The notes beneath the pieces were generated by a model. The model ran no database searches. It was not told the origin of the DNA and saw only the letters and a list, made by a program, of their open reading frames with translations. Both the position numbers and the translations under genes were made by a program. From the NCBI GenBank assembly GCA_046758365.1, contig JBHIAC010000013.1:1-39451 (forward strand): a DNA stretch of 39,451 nt. The letters run 5' to 3'. This DNA comes from a bacterium (lineage in GTDB: Bacteria > Zhuqueibacterota > Zhuqueibacteria > Oceanimicrobiales > Oceanimicrobiaceae). Positions 1-9,884 of the stretch are shown in pieces. The number at the start of each line of letters is the position of its first letter. Within the stretch, counting starts at the first letter, position 1.

Positions 1-580
1 CAAACAGGTCTAAATCACCATCGTTGTCAAAATCTGCCCAATTACAGCCACGTGATTCACCTCCATCATTTACGATAATGCCCTGAGTAATTTTTGTAAA
101 AGTGCCACTGCCATCATTATTATACAAAAAGTTGTTTTCAAGTGTACCATTTGCGACAAACAAGTCCAGATAACCATCGTTATCATAGTCGCCCCAACTA
201 CATGCTTGAGAATTGCCGCCATCGTTGACAATATCACCATCTGTGATTTTGGTGAAGGTACCGTCGCCATTGTTTTGATACAAAGAGTTGTTTTCTCCAG
301 CGGCATTAACCACAAATAGGTCTAGATCGCCATCATTGTCGTAATCGCCCCAACTACTTCCCAAAGAGCTTCCACCATCGTTGACAATATCGCCTTCCGT
401 AATTTTGGTAAAAGTACCGTCGCCATTGTTGCGATATAAAAAATTGTTTTCACTATTAGTATTGGCTATAAACAGGTCTAGGTCGCCATCCGCGTCGTAA
501 TCGCCCCAACTACTGCTGAAGGAAGAAGCTCCGTCGTTCACTATATTGCCCGTAGTAATTCGGGTGAATAATGTATCTTT
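1..580 (-). repeat. Coding tandem repeat, 156-bp (52-aa) period, at least 4 FG-GAP-type units
   Basis: The W-G/A codon anchor (gcccca/tgccca on +) falls at 35, 191, 347 and 503, exactly 156 bp apart. Confidence 0.9.
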
Positions 581-2212
581 AGCCGCAACACCAGTTCCAC
601 TTAAACTCACCGTATCTGGACTACTCTCAGCATTGCTGGTAATAACTAAAAAGGCGGATTTACTACCCTCGCTCAGAGTTGAAAAGCGAATTGTAATCTT
701 TAAGGAAGCAAATCTTCCCAGTGTTGCTTGGCCACCACCACTTTCGATGGTAAAATCTTGCGCATTAGTCCCTGTGATGTTGGTGCTCTTAATGGTTAAA
801 TCACCATTACCGATATTAGTCAGAGTAACAACACTATCTATTTGATTAGTGATAAAAACCGTATCAAAAATAATAGAATTATTGTTTAGCACTAATGAAG
901 GAAAGGGAAAGTTATTATCAAAGGCACCCTGAGCCAAAATATCAATCGATTTTAAGCGGGTTACACTATTTGCTGGAGAACTTCCTTGAGCAATGAGCAT
1001 GGCTGCAACAATTTCTTGAGAATCACCTGGTGCTATCGTCAAAGGACCGGAAACCACTATAATGCGTTTGTCAGCTCCCACACTATCAATCCACCCAGTT
1101 CCAGTTTCTGGATCACCAGGATGAGCAAATGGACTGGGTTGTCTCGTAGTTGGGTCAATAATGGGCTGGCCAAACTTATCAAATCCTTTCATATAGTTAT
1201 AAGCTTCTTCACTTGAAGATGGATCATTCAAAATAGGAGGATCGCCTCTAAAATTTTTGGTAAAAGCTGTCATATTTAGATTATTAAAGTTGGGTATTTT
1301 CCTTCCAAATGCAATGGCAGTGTCTCCTGGGGAAGGTACTATGGGACCTTGTAATAAATCAAATCCAATAGCTGGTGATGCAACTCCATAAACGCTATCC
1401 GGGCCATCATTCCACATATAACCTAATCCTAAAGTTGTATCACAACCTGCAAGATCATCAATATAAGAGCCTATATCAAAATCTGACCACAGAGCAATGT
1501 AGGTGCTGTCCATTGTATTGCCACTTTTATTTATGAATAAAAATTTTATGAAGATCATATCTCCAATAGCATCTGAGCGATTATAAGCCCAAATTAGATT
1601 TTGAATTTCAATGCCTAATGACTGAGTACCCAATAAGGAATCATGTGGTGAGCTATTAAAATCATTAAATATTGTCCATAATGTTTGATCCCCTAAAAGC
1701 AGAGGTTTTCCCAATTCATTAACCGGTGCGCCATCCTCAAAAGGCCACTCTATATAGTCAGGGTTTCCCGATGGGTTAAAGAGGTCAGTTTTGCGAATTT
1801 TATAAAAACGGTATTTGTCAAGATTTGGATCATCGGGTACACCAGGAATTGTAGGATTTGCAGGATCCCAATTAAGTACTTTCCCTGGCAGAAATTCCGA
1901 CTTAAACAGCGCTACTGCCGTACGAATTGTATCACTCACTTGCCCTGCAATCCAAATACCAGAGGCAAAATTGATAGTTTGGCCAGTACCTTTCGGCCAT
2001 TCTGTTGCTGGTACATTCATAGGATTCTTGAAAGTAGCAAATTGGCCATCATTGCTTGAGTAATTAAGTATCCTGTTTGCATCTACTGTTACAACATCGT
2101 CGATAAGAAACGATTTAAATAAATTTCCTTTCTTATGACGTTCTATAAACATAAAGCCTGACAGTATAAGTGTTAATATAGAGACTACAAAAAGCAATAA
2201 TATTTTTTTCAT
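1..2212 (-). CDS. Large secreted protein, 3'-partial (>737 aa): signal peptide, uncharacterised N-terminal domain, Ig-like (choice-of-anchor D/ASH-type) domain, FG-GAP/VCBS repeats
   Basis: Not in the ORF track because it runs off the window. Manual translation from ATG at 2212 (AGGA upstream): MKKILLLFVVSILTLILSGF..., EWPKGTGQTINFASGIWIAG, VTLTNIGNGDLTI...LVITSNA...VSLSGTGV, then repeats SWGDYDNDGDLDLFV...N.LY.NNGDGTFTKIT. The frame is consistent to base 2. Confidence 0.9.
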   Translation of the reverse strand, partial: MKKILLLFVVSILTLILSGFMFIERHKKGNLFKSFLIDDVVTVDANRILNYSSNDGQFATFKNPMNVPATEWPKGTGQTINFASGIWIAGQVSDTIRTAVALFKSEFLPGKVLNWDPANPTIPGVPDDPNLDKYRFYKIRKTDLFNPSGNPDYIEWPFEDGAPVNELGKPLLLGDQTLWTIFNDFNSSPHDSLLGTQSLGIEIQNLIWAYNRSDAIGDMIFIKFLFINKSGNTMDSTYIALWSDFDIGSYIDDLAGCDTTLGLGYMWNDGPDSVYGVASPAIGFDLLQGPIVPSPGDTAIAFGRKIPNFNNLNMTAFTKNFRGDPPILNDPSSSEEAYNYMKGFDKFGQPIIDPTTRQPSPFAHPGDPETGTGWIDSVGADKRIIVVSGPLTIAPGDSQEIVAAMLIAQGSSPANSVTRLKSIDILAQGAFDNNFPFPSLVLNNNSIIFDTVFITNQIDSVVTLTNIGNGDLTIKSTNITGTNAQDFTIESGGGQATLGRFASLKITIRFSTLSEGSKSAFLVITSNAESSPDTVSLSGTGVAAKDTLFTRITTGNIVNDGASSFSSSWGDYDADGDLDLFIANTNSENNFLYRNNGDGTFTKITEGDIVNDGGSSLGSSWGDYDNDGDLDLFVVNAAGENNSLYQNNGDGTFTKITDGDIVNDGGNSQACSWGDYDNDGYLDLFVANGTLENNFLYNNDGSGTFTKITQGIIVNDGGESRGCNWADFDNDGDLDLF

Positions 2213-2244
2213 TACAACTATCCTAGTTTATACTCTATACTTAT

Positions 2245-3561
2245 TTATTCTGGAGGTTCAGGCGGTTTCGGGAGTTCACCCAAATCGGCGCCAGAGCTTG
2301 AGGCTTCTTCGGTAGATTTTCGGCTGTCTTGTCCGGGTACAAAATTAGAACCCACGTTGCTTCCTAAATTTTGCAAGCGATTGTTAATCAAATCATTCGG
2401 GCTTGTTACCGGGACAATTTCTTGGCCTTCTATTTTTACTATTTGCCCCAGGACGTCTTCACTACTACCGCCTGCTTGGCTTAAACTTTCTGCTGCTTCG
2501 GATTTGTTTGCAGCAGCCTTAAAATCAGGGTCTAGTTTTATCGCCTCCTGGTAGAATTTTACCGCAGCGTTAAATTGCATAGCATCTTCTTTTTCAAGAC
2601 CTTTACAAAATGCGAGAAATGCCTGGATATTTTTAGTAGGAATGTGCTGGATGTTATCGCGCTCTTGGGGTGTCAATTCTATTCCCATCTCTTCAATGAC
2701 ATTAAATACTAAATCTTTTTCTAATCTAAACAGGTTTTCCAGTGCATCTGATTGACTGGTAGCATCTGGGAAATTGTGATTTATTATATCCCAAGAGAGT
2801 ACATCCACCTGCAACTGTTTTTTCTTCAGTATATTAAATGTGCCTGCAAGGATTCTTCCAGCCCCCAGCAGTTTTCCAAATCGTGGGGCAGATTGTTTAT
2901 TAATAAGCTCTGTTTGAGCTAGCTTCAATTCTTCTAACAGTGTTTGCATGCGAATTCGTTCGAGCAATTGTAACTCCTGCACTTGTCCCAAATCAATGAT
3001 AATCATTTCGCTCAAACCTTTTCCTAATGGAGCGTACTGCTCATCCTTTCCTTGATAAATCAACGGAAATATAGCAATTGTTTTTGAAGTCATTCTATCT
3101 TCACTCAGTTGCTGCTCTTGCTGCAATAGGGTGCGAATTTCCTGCCGTATGATTTCACGATTTAATCTGCGATAGCGCCCTTCCATTAATCTTCGATAGG
3201 GAGAAAGACGAGAAACTTCGATAAATTTTTCATGAATCTTTAAGGCTTCCTGGTTTTTGTTTTGAAACTCCAGGGTCATCCCCAAATAAAACATGGTCTT
3301 TGGATCATTTGGATTATATTCATAGGCTTTTTGTAAATAATCAATTGCCAAGGAGTATTGCTCTGTTTCAAAATAAATGACCCCTAGGTCCTGTAATGCT
3401 TCTGAATCTTCAGGATTGGTTTTAAGTTTTGTTTCCAGCTTATTGATCTCACTTTGATATTCTGATATATCCCTCTGATAACGTACTGTTGCGCATGATA
3501 CACAGAGCAAAACTAAAATTATAGACGAGTTCCATAGAGTTTTAGATTTCCAATTCATCAA
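2245..3561 (-). CDS. TPR + CsgG/HfaB(TolB_N/FlgO)-like domain lipoprotein
   Basis: Lipobox-like LLCVS-C. TPR helices (ALQDLGVIYFETEQYSLAIDYLQKAYEYNP). IAIFPL...LGKGLSEMIIIDL...LQLLERIRMQTLLEELKL...APRFGKLLGA is a CsgG/FlgO-like signature, followed by a C-terminal TPR. Confidence 0.8.
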   Translation of the reverse strand: MMNWKSKTLWNSSIILVLLCVSCATVRYQRDISEYQSEINKLETKLKTNPEDSEALQDLGVIYFETEQYSLAIDYLQKAYEYNPNDPKTMFYLGMTLEFQNKNQEALKIHEKFIEVSRLSPYRRLMEGRYRRLNREIIRQEIRTLLQQEQQLSEDRMTSKTIAIFPLIYQGKDEQYAPLGKGLSEMIIIDLGQVQELQLLERIRMQTLLEELKLAQTELINKQSAPRFGKLLGAGRILAGTFNILKKKQLQVDVLSWDIINHNFPDATSQSDALENLFRLEKDLVFNVIEEMGIELTPQERDNIQHIPTKNIQAFLAFCKGLEKEDAMQFNAAVKFYQEAIKLDPDFKAAANKSEAAESLSQAGGSSEDVLGQIVKIEGQEIVPVTSPNDLINNRLQNLGSNVGSNFVPGQDSRKSTEEASSSGADLGELPKPPEPPE

Positions 3562-3605
3562 AAGCCCCTCCTATAATTGAGTGAGTTTAAGTTGGTTATG
3601 CTCAC

Positions 3606-4727
3606 CTATAAAACTAAAGGTCGAATTGCTATCATCATATCTTTTGCTTTTTGAAAATTAGGAGCCACTACCAGAGCTTCTTCTAATTTATTAAAGGCCT
3701 CCTTATACTGTTCCAGATTGGCCATGGACATAGCATCACCGAAGAGGGCTACTGCCTCAATGGGAATTTCATCCTTGCCTAGTTCGTCTAACTTTTTTCT
3801 TTCAACCTTTTTAATATCTATATCCAGATTTTTTGTAATATTCAAAGTCAACTTTTTCACCAATTCGAATATCTTATCCGGCTTCCCTTCTACCGAGGCT
3901 GTTTTGAAAATTTCGCCTGTTTCGGTTTTCACTAAACGAGCATCGATTCGAAATTTTTTGCCAAGTCGAATGAAACTTCCAAACACAAATGAGTGAGCGC
4001 CTAAAAATTTTCCAAGCTGAGGGGCATACTCTGGGTCCATGATATTTTTGCCACCGACTTTTTTCTCTGTTAATTCAAGCTCTTGAATCAGAAATTGAAT
4101 GCGTTCTCTTTCTACCACGCGCAAATTGCTCACAACGGCAAAATCGCTAATTAAAATTTTTGCAAGTGCATTTCCAAGATTTTCATATTTTTCAACATCA
4201 TCAATTGAATTGTTTTCAAAATCCATAATGGCTATTGTTTGAACACTGGGTCCCTGAGTGGAAACCTTTAGAGACAACCCAGCCTTTTGCCGTGTTTTGT
4301 AGTAGTTAGCCATTAATCGTTGATGGGGCCACCACTGATCATTGGGTTTGTAGTTTGGGTCTTGTTGCAGGATTTGAGAAAATATTTCTTCAGCCTCCTT
4401 GTCCTGGTTATTGGAAACAAAGGCTACTGCCAAATATTCCGAAGCTTCAAGATGGTCTCTCTTTGGTAGGGATTTTGTAATTACCAGTCTTTTTAAAAGT
4501 TCAATAGCTTTTTGAAATTGACCGTCATTAAAAAGCCGTTTCGCTTCTTCAAGTTCTTTATTTTTTTCAGATTGATTAACAGAGGTTTGTGAAGAATATT
4601 GTTCAGTTGTTTTGTTAATCTCTGAATTGAATAGGAATTGTCTACCTTCTACCAATTGTACACTACCTCGCCAATAATAAGTAGTGATTAACGTTGCAAA
4701 CAAAAGAAATCTTTGAAATTTATTCAT
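3606..4727 (-). CDS. Exported TPR + CsgG/HfaB-like domain protein
   Basis: Start moved to ATG 4727 (AAGGAG RBS at 4734-4739). Hydrophobic N-terminus and TPRs. IAIMDFENNS...LISDF...LRVVERERIQFLIQEL...APQLGKFLGAHSFVFGSF...RIDARLVKTETGEI. Confidence 0.8.
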   Translation of the reverse strand: MNKFQRFLLFATLITTYYWRGSVQLVEGRQFLFNSEINKTTEQYSSQTSVNQSEKNKELEEAKRLFNDGQFQKAIELLKRLVITKSLPKRDHLEASEYLAVAFVSNNQDKEAEEIFSQILQQDPNYKPNDQWWPHQRLMANYYKTRQKAGLSLKVSTQGPSVQTIAIMDFENNSIDDVEKYENLGNALAKILISDFAVVSNLRVVERERIQFLIQELELTEKKVGGKNIMDPEYAPQLGKFLGAHSFVFGSFIRLGKKFRIDARLVKTETGEIFKTASVEGKPDKIFELVKKLTLNITKNLDIDIKKVERKKLDELGKDEIPIEAVALFGDAMSMANLEQYKEAFNKLEEALVVAPNFQKAKDMMIAIRPLVL

Positions 4728-4758
4728 TTTATTCTCCTTTTTAGTAGGTATTGCTTGT

Positions 4759-6795
4759 CTATCGCAATTCATTTTTGAAAAATACGAATTTCAAAGTAGC
4801 TTCCTCACCGCTTTGAATTGTTATTTGCTGCTCACCATTTTTTGAGGTATATCCAAACATTTTAGCGCTTATCTTATAGATGCCGCTTTTTAGTGAGATA
4901 GTTCTTGGAGTTTGTCCATTGGCTTCGCCATCAACAAAAATATTCGCAATTGCAGTTTTCTGTGAAGTATTTTCTACAATGACTGCTAAAACCCTTAGCC
5001 GTCCTAAAGGCTCAGCTTGTAAACCGATATTTATTCTCTTCTCTTCATTAGGCGTTATTGTTACTTGTGTAACCTTGTCTACATAACCGGCTGAAGTCAA
5101 CCGAACCTCATATTTCCCGGCTGTCAATTCAGCAAAAGAATAAGGTGTTTTTTGCCCTGTGAAGTTTTCATTAAGATATATTAAAGCTCCCTGAGGCTCT
5201 GAATCCACAAATAAACTGCCCACAGCTTTGCTCAGCGGTTCAGATACACCCTGAGGCTCGGAATTCAAAGACAATGTACCAACCGCTTTTTTAAGCGTAG
5301 ACGAAATTTCTGCTACTTTTTCTGTTGAAATAGTTATTAAGCGTTCAACGGTTTGGAATCCGGCTTTTTTTAATTGAATTTTATGTGGGCCAACAGAAAC
5401 GCTTTCTAAAATCGCAGGGGTCTTAAATCCGGTATCTTTCAAGTCTAAAAAAACCGAGGCTCCAGGAGGTTTGCTTTTTACAATGAGAGTGCCTAAAATA
5501 GGTGAAATTGGAATGAGTTGGACAGATTCTGAAAAGGTATCATCTTTGGTAATTGTAAGATCTTTCGACCAGCTCTCAAAACCTTCGAGAGTTAGTAAAA
5601 CTTCATAGGTTCCCTTTTTTAACCGCAATATTTTTGGAGTCATTGCTCCTAAAGATTCACCATTCAATGAAATTGCGGCTCCTGCTGGATTAGATTTTAC
5701 ATTTAAAAAACCGTAATCTGGCTTAAAAATGTTCTGAATCTTTGAAGAATTCGTGATTGCTAAAAGCGCCAAAATCAGAATCAGAGCCGTTGTTAAAATC
5801 GTTTTTGGATTCATAATTATTTCAGTTATTTTCTTACCAGGCGGAATTACAGGCGGACCTTTCATTGCAGCATCATCAGGTTTAGTCTTTGTGCCTGTTT
5901 CTATTTTATTGACTATTTTTTTCCGCTTTGTTGATGGACTGATAAATTTTGTAGAGACTTGATCCTTGGAAGTAAGACTCAGATGGCATTTTTTTAAGTC
6001 CTCCATTAACTCCTGCATTGATACATACCTGTTCTCAACTTTCTTTGCCAATGCCTTATTTATAATCCGTTCCAGATCATCTGGTATTTTGGTATTTAAT
6101 TGGGAGATTGGTATGGGTTCTTCATTAACGATTGAATAGAGCATGGACATCTCATATTCACCCTTGAAGGGCAATTGATTGGTCAGAAGCTCGTACAGGA
6201 TAACCCCCAACGACCAAATATCGCTTCGGTAATCGGTCTCCCGGCTGCTAACTTGTTCTGGTGACATATAAGCAGGGGTACCCAGAGTGGTGCCAGTTTT
6301 GGTAATTCTCGTAGCCCCACCAAGTTTTGCCAGACCAAAGTCCACAATTTTTACAAATCCTTCTTTCGTGATGATGATATTCGCTGGTTTAATGTCCCGA
6401 TGTACAATACCCATCTCGTGTGCTTTGGCCAAACCGTGTGCAATCTGAATGGCAATTCCAATTGCCTCTTCAATCTTCTGTCCTGCCGAGCGGGATTCAA
6501 GTTTTTTATGTAGCGTCTCGCCCTCATAATAAGCCATGGCGATAAACATCTGTCCATCTTCAGTTTCATCAATTTCATAGATAGTGCCGATTCGTGGGTG
6601 ATCAAGTGCTGAAGCCGCTTGTGCTTCATGAATAAAACGATTTTTAGCTTCCTGGTCGCGTGTCAACTCCTGCGACAGGAACTTGAGGGCAACGATTCGG
6701 TTGAGCCTATTGTCTTCAGCTTTATATACCACACCCATCCCACCTTCTCCTAATTTCTCCAAAATTTTATAGTGAGAAATTGTCTTACCTATCAT
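4759..6795 (-). CDS. Membrane Ser/Thr protein kinase (Hanks type) with C-terminal PEGA repeats
   Basis: LGEGGMGVVY, VALK, HRDIKPAN, DFG, GTPAYMSPEQ and DIWSLG motifs. One TM segment (ILTTALILILALLAI). About 4 PEGA units (VKSNPAGAAISLNG, VKSKPPGASVFLD, VDSEPQGALIYLN, ANIFVDG..TP). Confidence 0.95.
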   Translation of the reverse strand: MIGKTISHYKILEKLGEGGMGVVYKAEDNRLNRIVALKFLSQELTRDQEAKNRFIHEAQAASALDHPRIGTIYEIDETEDGQMFIAMAYYEGETLHKKLESRSAGQKIEEAIGIAIQIAHGLAKAHEMGIVHRDIKPANIIITKEGFVKIVDFGLAKLGGATRITKTGTTLGTPAYMSPEQVSSRETDYRSDIWSLGVILYELLTNQLPFKGEYEMSMLYSIVNEEPIPISQLNTKIPDDLERIINKALAKKVENRYVSMQELMEDLKKCHLSLTSKDQVSTKFISPSTKRKKIVNKIETGTKTKPDDAAMKGPPVIPPGKKITEIIMNPKTILTTALILILALLAITNSSKIQNIFKPDYGFLNVKSNPAGAAISLNGESLGAMTPKILRLKKGTYEVLLTLEGFESWSKDLTITKDDTFSESVQLIPISPILGTLIVKSKPPGASVFLDLKDTGFKTPAILESVSVGPHKIQLKKAGFQTVERLITISTEKVAEISSTLKKAVGTLSLNSEPQGVSEPLSKAVGSLFVDSEPQGALIYLNENFTGQKTPYSFAELTAGKYEVRLTSAGYVDKVTQVTITPNEEKRINIGLQAEPLGRLRVLAVIVENTSQKTAIANIFVDGEANGQTPRTISLKSGIYKISAKMFGYTSKNGEQQITIQSGEEATLKFVFFKNELR

Positions 6796-6970
6796 TTATT
6801 AGCCACACCTTTTCCAGATGAACCATTTTTTATAATCTGTACAATTTTTGCTACTTTTAAAGTACCTTCTCTGTAATCTTTTTTACTTGCAACCCTGTTA
6901 AAATTTCTTTAAACTCCATCAGGATTTTTGTATATTAGTTTCATTTTAATTGATTCAAGATACGGTAAAT

Positions 6971-7357
6971 ATGTATTTTAAAAAAGATAAACTCAAAATT
7001 GTTTATGATAGCGGGTGTCCCCTTTGTATACGAACGGTCAAAATTTTAAAATTACTGGATTGGTTGGGCAACTTAGAATATAAAGATTTAATGATTTGGG
7101 AAAAGTTAAATAAAGAATATCCAGCTCTTGATTTGGAAAAATGTCTGCAAGAAATGCACGTCATATCGCCTAAGAGTGAAATAGCTTCAGGGTTCTTTGG
7201 TTTTAGAAAAATATGTGCGCGATTAGCTCTCGGATGGTTAATTTTACCTTTTCTATTCATTCCAGGTATGCCCACCTTGGGACAAATTATCTATGTTAAA
7301 ATTGCAAAAAATAGAAAAAGACAAGGTGTCCGCTGTACTCGACACAGTTGTGTTTAA
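6971..7357 (+). CDS. DCC1-like (DUF393) thiol-disulfide oxidoreductase family protein
   Basis: YDSGCPLC (DxxCxxC) motif and C-terminal Y..IAKNR. ATG 6971 is preferred over TTG 6950. Confidence 0.85.
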   Translation: MYFKKDKLKIVYDSGCPLCIRTVKILKLLDWLGNLEYKDLMIWEKLNKEYPALDLEKCLQEMHVISPKSEIASGFFGFRKICARLALGWLILPFLFIPGMPTLGQIIYVKIAKNRKRQGVRCTRHSCV

Positions 7358-7646
7358 AAATCTATTTATGACGTTTGTGCTTTGCACCTAAGTCATTGTG
7401 TAAAATATAGTCAATACTTTAACAGTAAATTTTTTAGCAGCCATCATCCCCTCTAAGATCTTTTGTAGAATTTGTCAAAATTATAATAGAAAGTCAAATA
7501 GTTTTTGTTTTATTCTATTACTGTCCTACAAAATATTTAATAATTCGTTGTTCATTAGCCACACCTGTTGTTATTTTTCACACTTCTCTTTTATATTAAT
7601 CCTTGTTAAGTTCTTAATTTACAAAGAAAAACAAAATACCTACATA

Positions 7647-7663
7647 TTGGCACACCCTTTGTA
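7647..7663 (+). promoter_or_regulatory. Putative sigma-54 (-24/-12) promoter
   Basis: TTGGCACACCCTTTGTA: TGGCAC box with GG(7649-50) and GT(7661-62) at the correct 10-nt spacing. The -12 is a TTGT variant of TTGC. Lies 56 nt upstream of the OMP start. Confidence 0.55.
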
Positions 7664-7718
7664 ATTAAAACTAACCAGAAAGTTCATTGAATGATCATTC
7701 AATAATTTGGAGGTCAAT

Positions 7719-8321
7719 ATGAAATCGAAATTTATTGGAATTCTTGCATTAGTTAATATGATATTAGTCTTAGGAGTAATTTCGCTTTTTTCTCAAGAAG
7801 AAAAACCTGAATCGCGATTTTCACACAAAGGATTGAAAGCAGCACTTGGATTGGGTACTTTTGAAGCTACTTCTGACCGAGGTCTTAGCGAAGGGGATGG
7901 TGGATTCATAAGTCTTGGTTATGATATAACTAATAGGTTTTCTCTTTGGCTTACAGCCCTTGGTGCAGAACATCCTCGGAAGACATCGAATACTATACTT
8001 GTAGAGTTCGGGGGACTTGAATTGAATCTTCAGCATAAATTTGCAACTAAGTCTCGACTTCAGCCTTATGGTAAAGTAGGTGTGGGTGTGTACGGTCTTC
8101 AAAATCAGGGTTCAGATACGGTTATAGTTGGCGCAGGGGTTAACCTTGGAATCGGAACTGATTTATTCTTCTGTAAGCATTTTGGTATTGGTGCCGAATT
8201 AATGTTCAAAAGTCTCGATTATTCTCTCCAGTATGTGGAAGAGGAAGACAATTTTTCTGAAATAAAGCCGCAATTGGATGGGGATACCGTTGGGTTTATG
8301 ATTACTTTTACTGTTCAATAA
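7719..8321 (+). CDS. Outer-membrane beta-barrel (8-stranded, porin-family/OMP_b-brl-like) protein
   Basis: GGAGG RBS at 7709-7713 before ATG 7719. Signal peptide, then alternating beta-strands (QPYGKVGVG, GVNLGIGTDLFF..HFGIGAEL). Confidence 0.75.
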   Translation: MKSKFIGILALVNMILVLGVISLFSQEEKPESRFSHKGLKAALGLGTFEATSDRGLSEGDGGFISLGYDITNRFSLWLTALGAEHPRKTSNTILVEFGGLELNLQHKFATKSRLQPYGKVGVGVYGLQNQGSDTVIVGAGVNLGIGTDLFFCKHFGIGAELMFKSLDYSLQYVEEEDNFSEIKPQLDGDTVGFMITFTVQ

Positions 8322-8351
8322 TTCTCCTCTAATCCCTCACCGCTTCCTTCT

Positions 8352-8387
8352 AAAACCCCAGTTTTAGTGAGCTGGGGTTTTCTTTTT
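8352..8387 (+). terminator. Intrinsic terminator, probably bidirectional
   Basis: AAAACCCCAG-n10-CTGGGGTTTT then CTTTTT, between convergent genes. Confidence 0.85.
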
Positions 8388-8411
8388 GCCTGGAACTGCT
8401 AATTAGAATAG

Positions 8412-9275
8412 TTATCTCTGTTTAACTTGAGCTGCTTCCCATCCGAGAATAGCCTTTTTTCTGGCTGTCCCTCCTTGATAGTTACCAAATTTACCGATTT
8501 TTCGGATGACTCTGTGGCAGGGGATAATATATGAAACAGGATTTCGCGCTATTGCGCTACCAACCGCACGGGAAGCACCGGGCCTTCCAATGTGAAGGGC
8601 AACATCTTCATAAGAAACGACATATCCAATGGGGATTCTTAGTAAGGCTTCCCAAACCTTTATTTGAAAATTAGTGCCATTTAAAAATATATGGAGTGGT
8701 CCAGGTTTCTGCGTAATTGAAGGATTAAATATCTGACTTATCAGCGGTCGAGTAAGATTTGGGTCTTCATATAGTTTTGCATTCTTCCAATGAGCTTTGA
8801 ATTTTGCCAGTGCTTGTGGGCGATTTCCATTTTGAACAAAGGATAAGCCACAAATACCCCTATCGGTAAGTGCCAGCAAACACTCACCAAATGGGCAGGC
8901 ATGAAATCCATAGACAATGATTAATCCTTCACCCTTGGTTTTGAACTCCCCAGGGGTTACGGCCTCACAAGTTACAAATAAATCGTGCAGACGACTGGGA
9001 CTGGATAAACCCGTCTCATAGGCCGCATCTGAAAGATTTTTAGATTTTTCCAGCAGGCTCTTCGCATATTCTTTTGTTAAAAATTGGATGAATCGTTTTG
9101 GGCTAATGCCTACCCATCGACTGAAAAGGCGCTGGAAATGATATTCGCTTAGGTAAACGCTTTCCGCGATTCTCTTCAAACTCGGTTGTTTATGAAAATT
9201 CTTTTCAAGGAATATTATTGCCCGTTCAATACGTTGATAATCTATGGATGCTTGTAAATAGTTTTCTGAATTCAT
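8412..9275 (-). CDS. Bifunctional AraC-type HTH / methylated-DNA--protein-cysteine S-methyltransferase (Ada-like, without the Zn-binding domain)
   Basis: LSEYHFQRLFSRWVGISPK HTH, then GTNFQIKVWEAL...IPCHRVI active site. GGAGG RBS before ATG 9275. Confidence 0.93.
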   Translation of the reverse strand: MNSENYLQASIDYQRIERAIIFLEKNFHKQPSLKRIAESVYLSEYHFQRLFSRWVGISPKRFIQFLTKEYAKSLLEKSKNLSDAAYETGLSSPSRLHDLFVTCEAVTPGEFKTKGEGLIIVYGFHACPFGECLLALTDRGICGLSFVQNGNRPQALAKFKAHWKNAKLYEDPNLTRPLISQIFNPSITQKPGPLHIFLNGTNFQIKVWEALLRIPIGYVVSYEDVALHIGRPGASRAVGSAIARNPVSYIIPCHRVIRKIGKFGNYQGGTARKKAILGWEAAQVKQR

Positions 9276-9500
9276 CTGTAAACCCTCCAATCAATTTTTT
9301 AAATATAGTCATTTCAAAGGAAATGTACCACCCATTTCTTGCTCATTTAGCAATCTGAAATTCAATATTAATGAACCATAAAATATTATATTACCTATTT
9401 TTAAATTTTAAATTATGTTGATTTTTTCACAAACTATAATATATTATTGATTACAGTCAAATACAAAAAACACCAATTTAATTTATTAAGGAGGAAAAGG

Positions 9501-9884
9501 ATGAGTTACGATTTTAATAAAACCGTGAATCTCTCTTTTGACCAAGCCATTCAGAGAGTCACTGAAGAACTTCAAAAAGAAGGCTTCGGGATTCTAACTG
9601 AGATTGATGTAAAAGCAACTCTTAAGAAGAAGTTGGATGTAGATTATCGTCCTTACAAAATTCTTGGGGCCTGTAATCCACATTATGCTTATCAAGCTTT
9701 GCAAGCAGAAGATAAAATCGGCACCATGCTGCCTTGCAGTGTCATTGTCCAAGATACGGGCTCAGGAGTCGAGGTGGCTGCGATTGACCCTAAGGCTTCC
9801 ATGATGGCTGTTAAGAATCCTGAACTGGAAGGTTTGGCTGAGCAGGTTCAGGCGAAATTGAAGAAGGTCATTGAAAGTTTGTGA
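9501..9884 (+). CDS. DUF302 domain protein
   Basis: EGFGILTEIDV..TLKKKL...ILGACNP...IGTMLPC motifs. AAGGAGG RBS before ATG 9501. Confidence 0.92.
   Translation: MSYDFNKTVNLSFDQAIQRVTEELQKEGFGILTEIDVKATLKKKLDVDYRPYKILGACNPHYAYQALQAEDKIGTMLPCSVIVQDTGSGVEVAAIDPKASMMAVKNPELEGLAEQVQAKLKKVIESL

Noticed and set aside
1..580. Regular 156-bp repeats as a CRISPR or other non-coding array
   Set aside because: They are in-frame coding FG-GAP repeats with codon-level divergence, not repeat-spacer units.
70..2063. Track ORFs 70..315, 546..845, 986..1216 and 1815..2063
   Set aside because: Alternate-frame or antisense shadows of the long minus-strand gene 2212..<1.
8412..9275. Ada-like protein lacking the N-terminal Zn domain as a truncation or novelty
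   Set aside because: The AraC-HTH + methyltransferase architecture is common and the gene has its own RBS.
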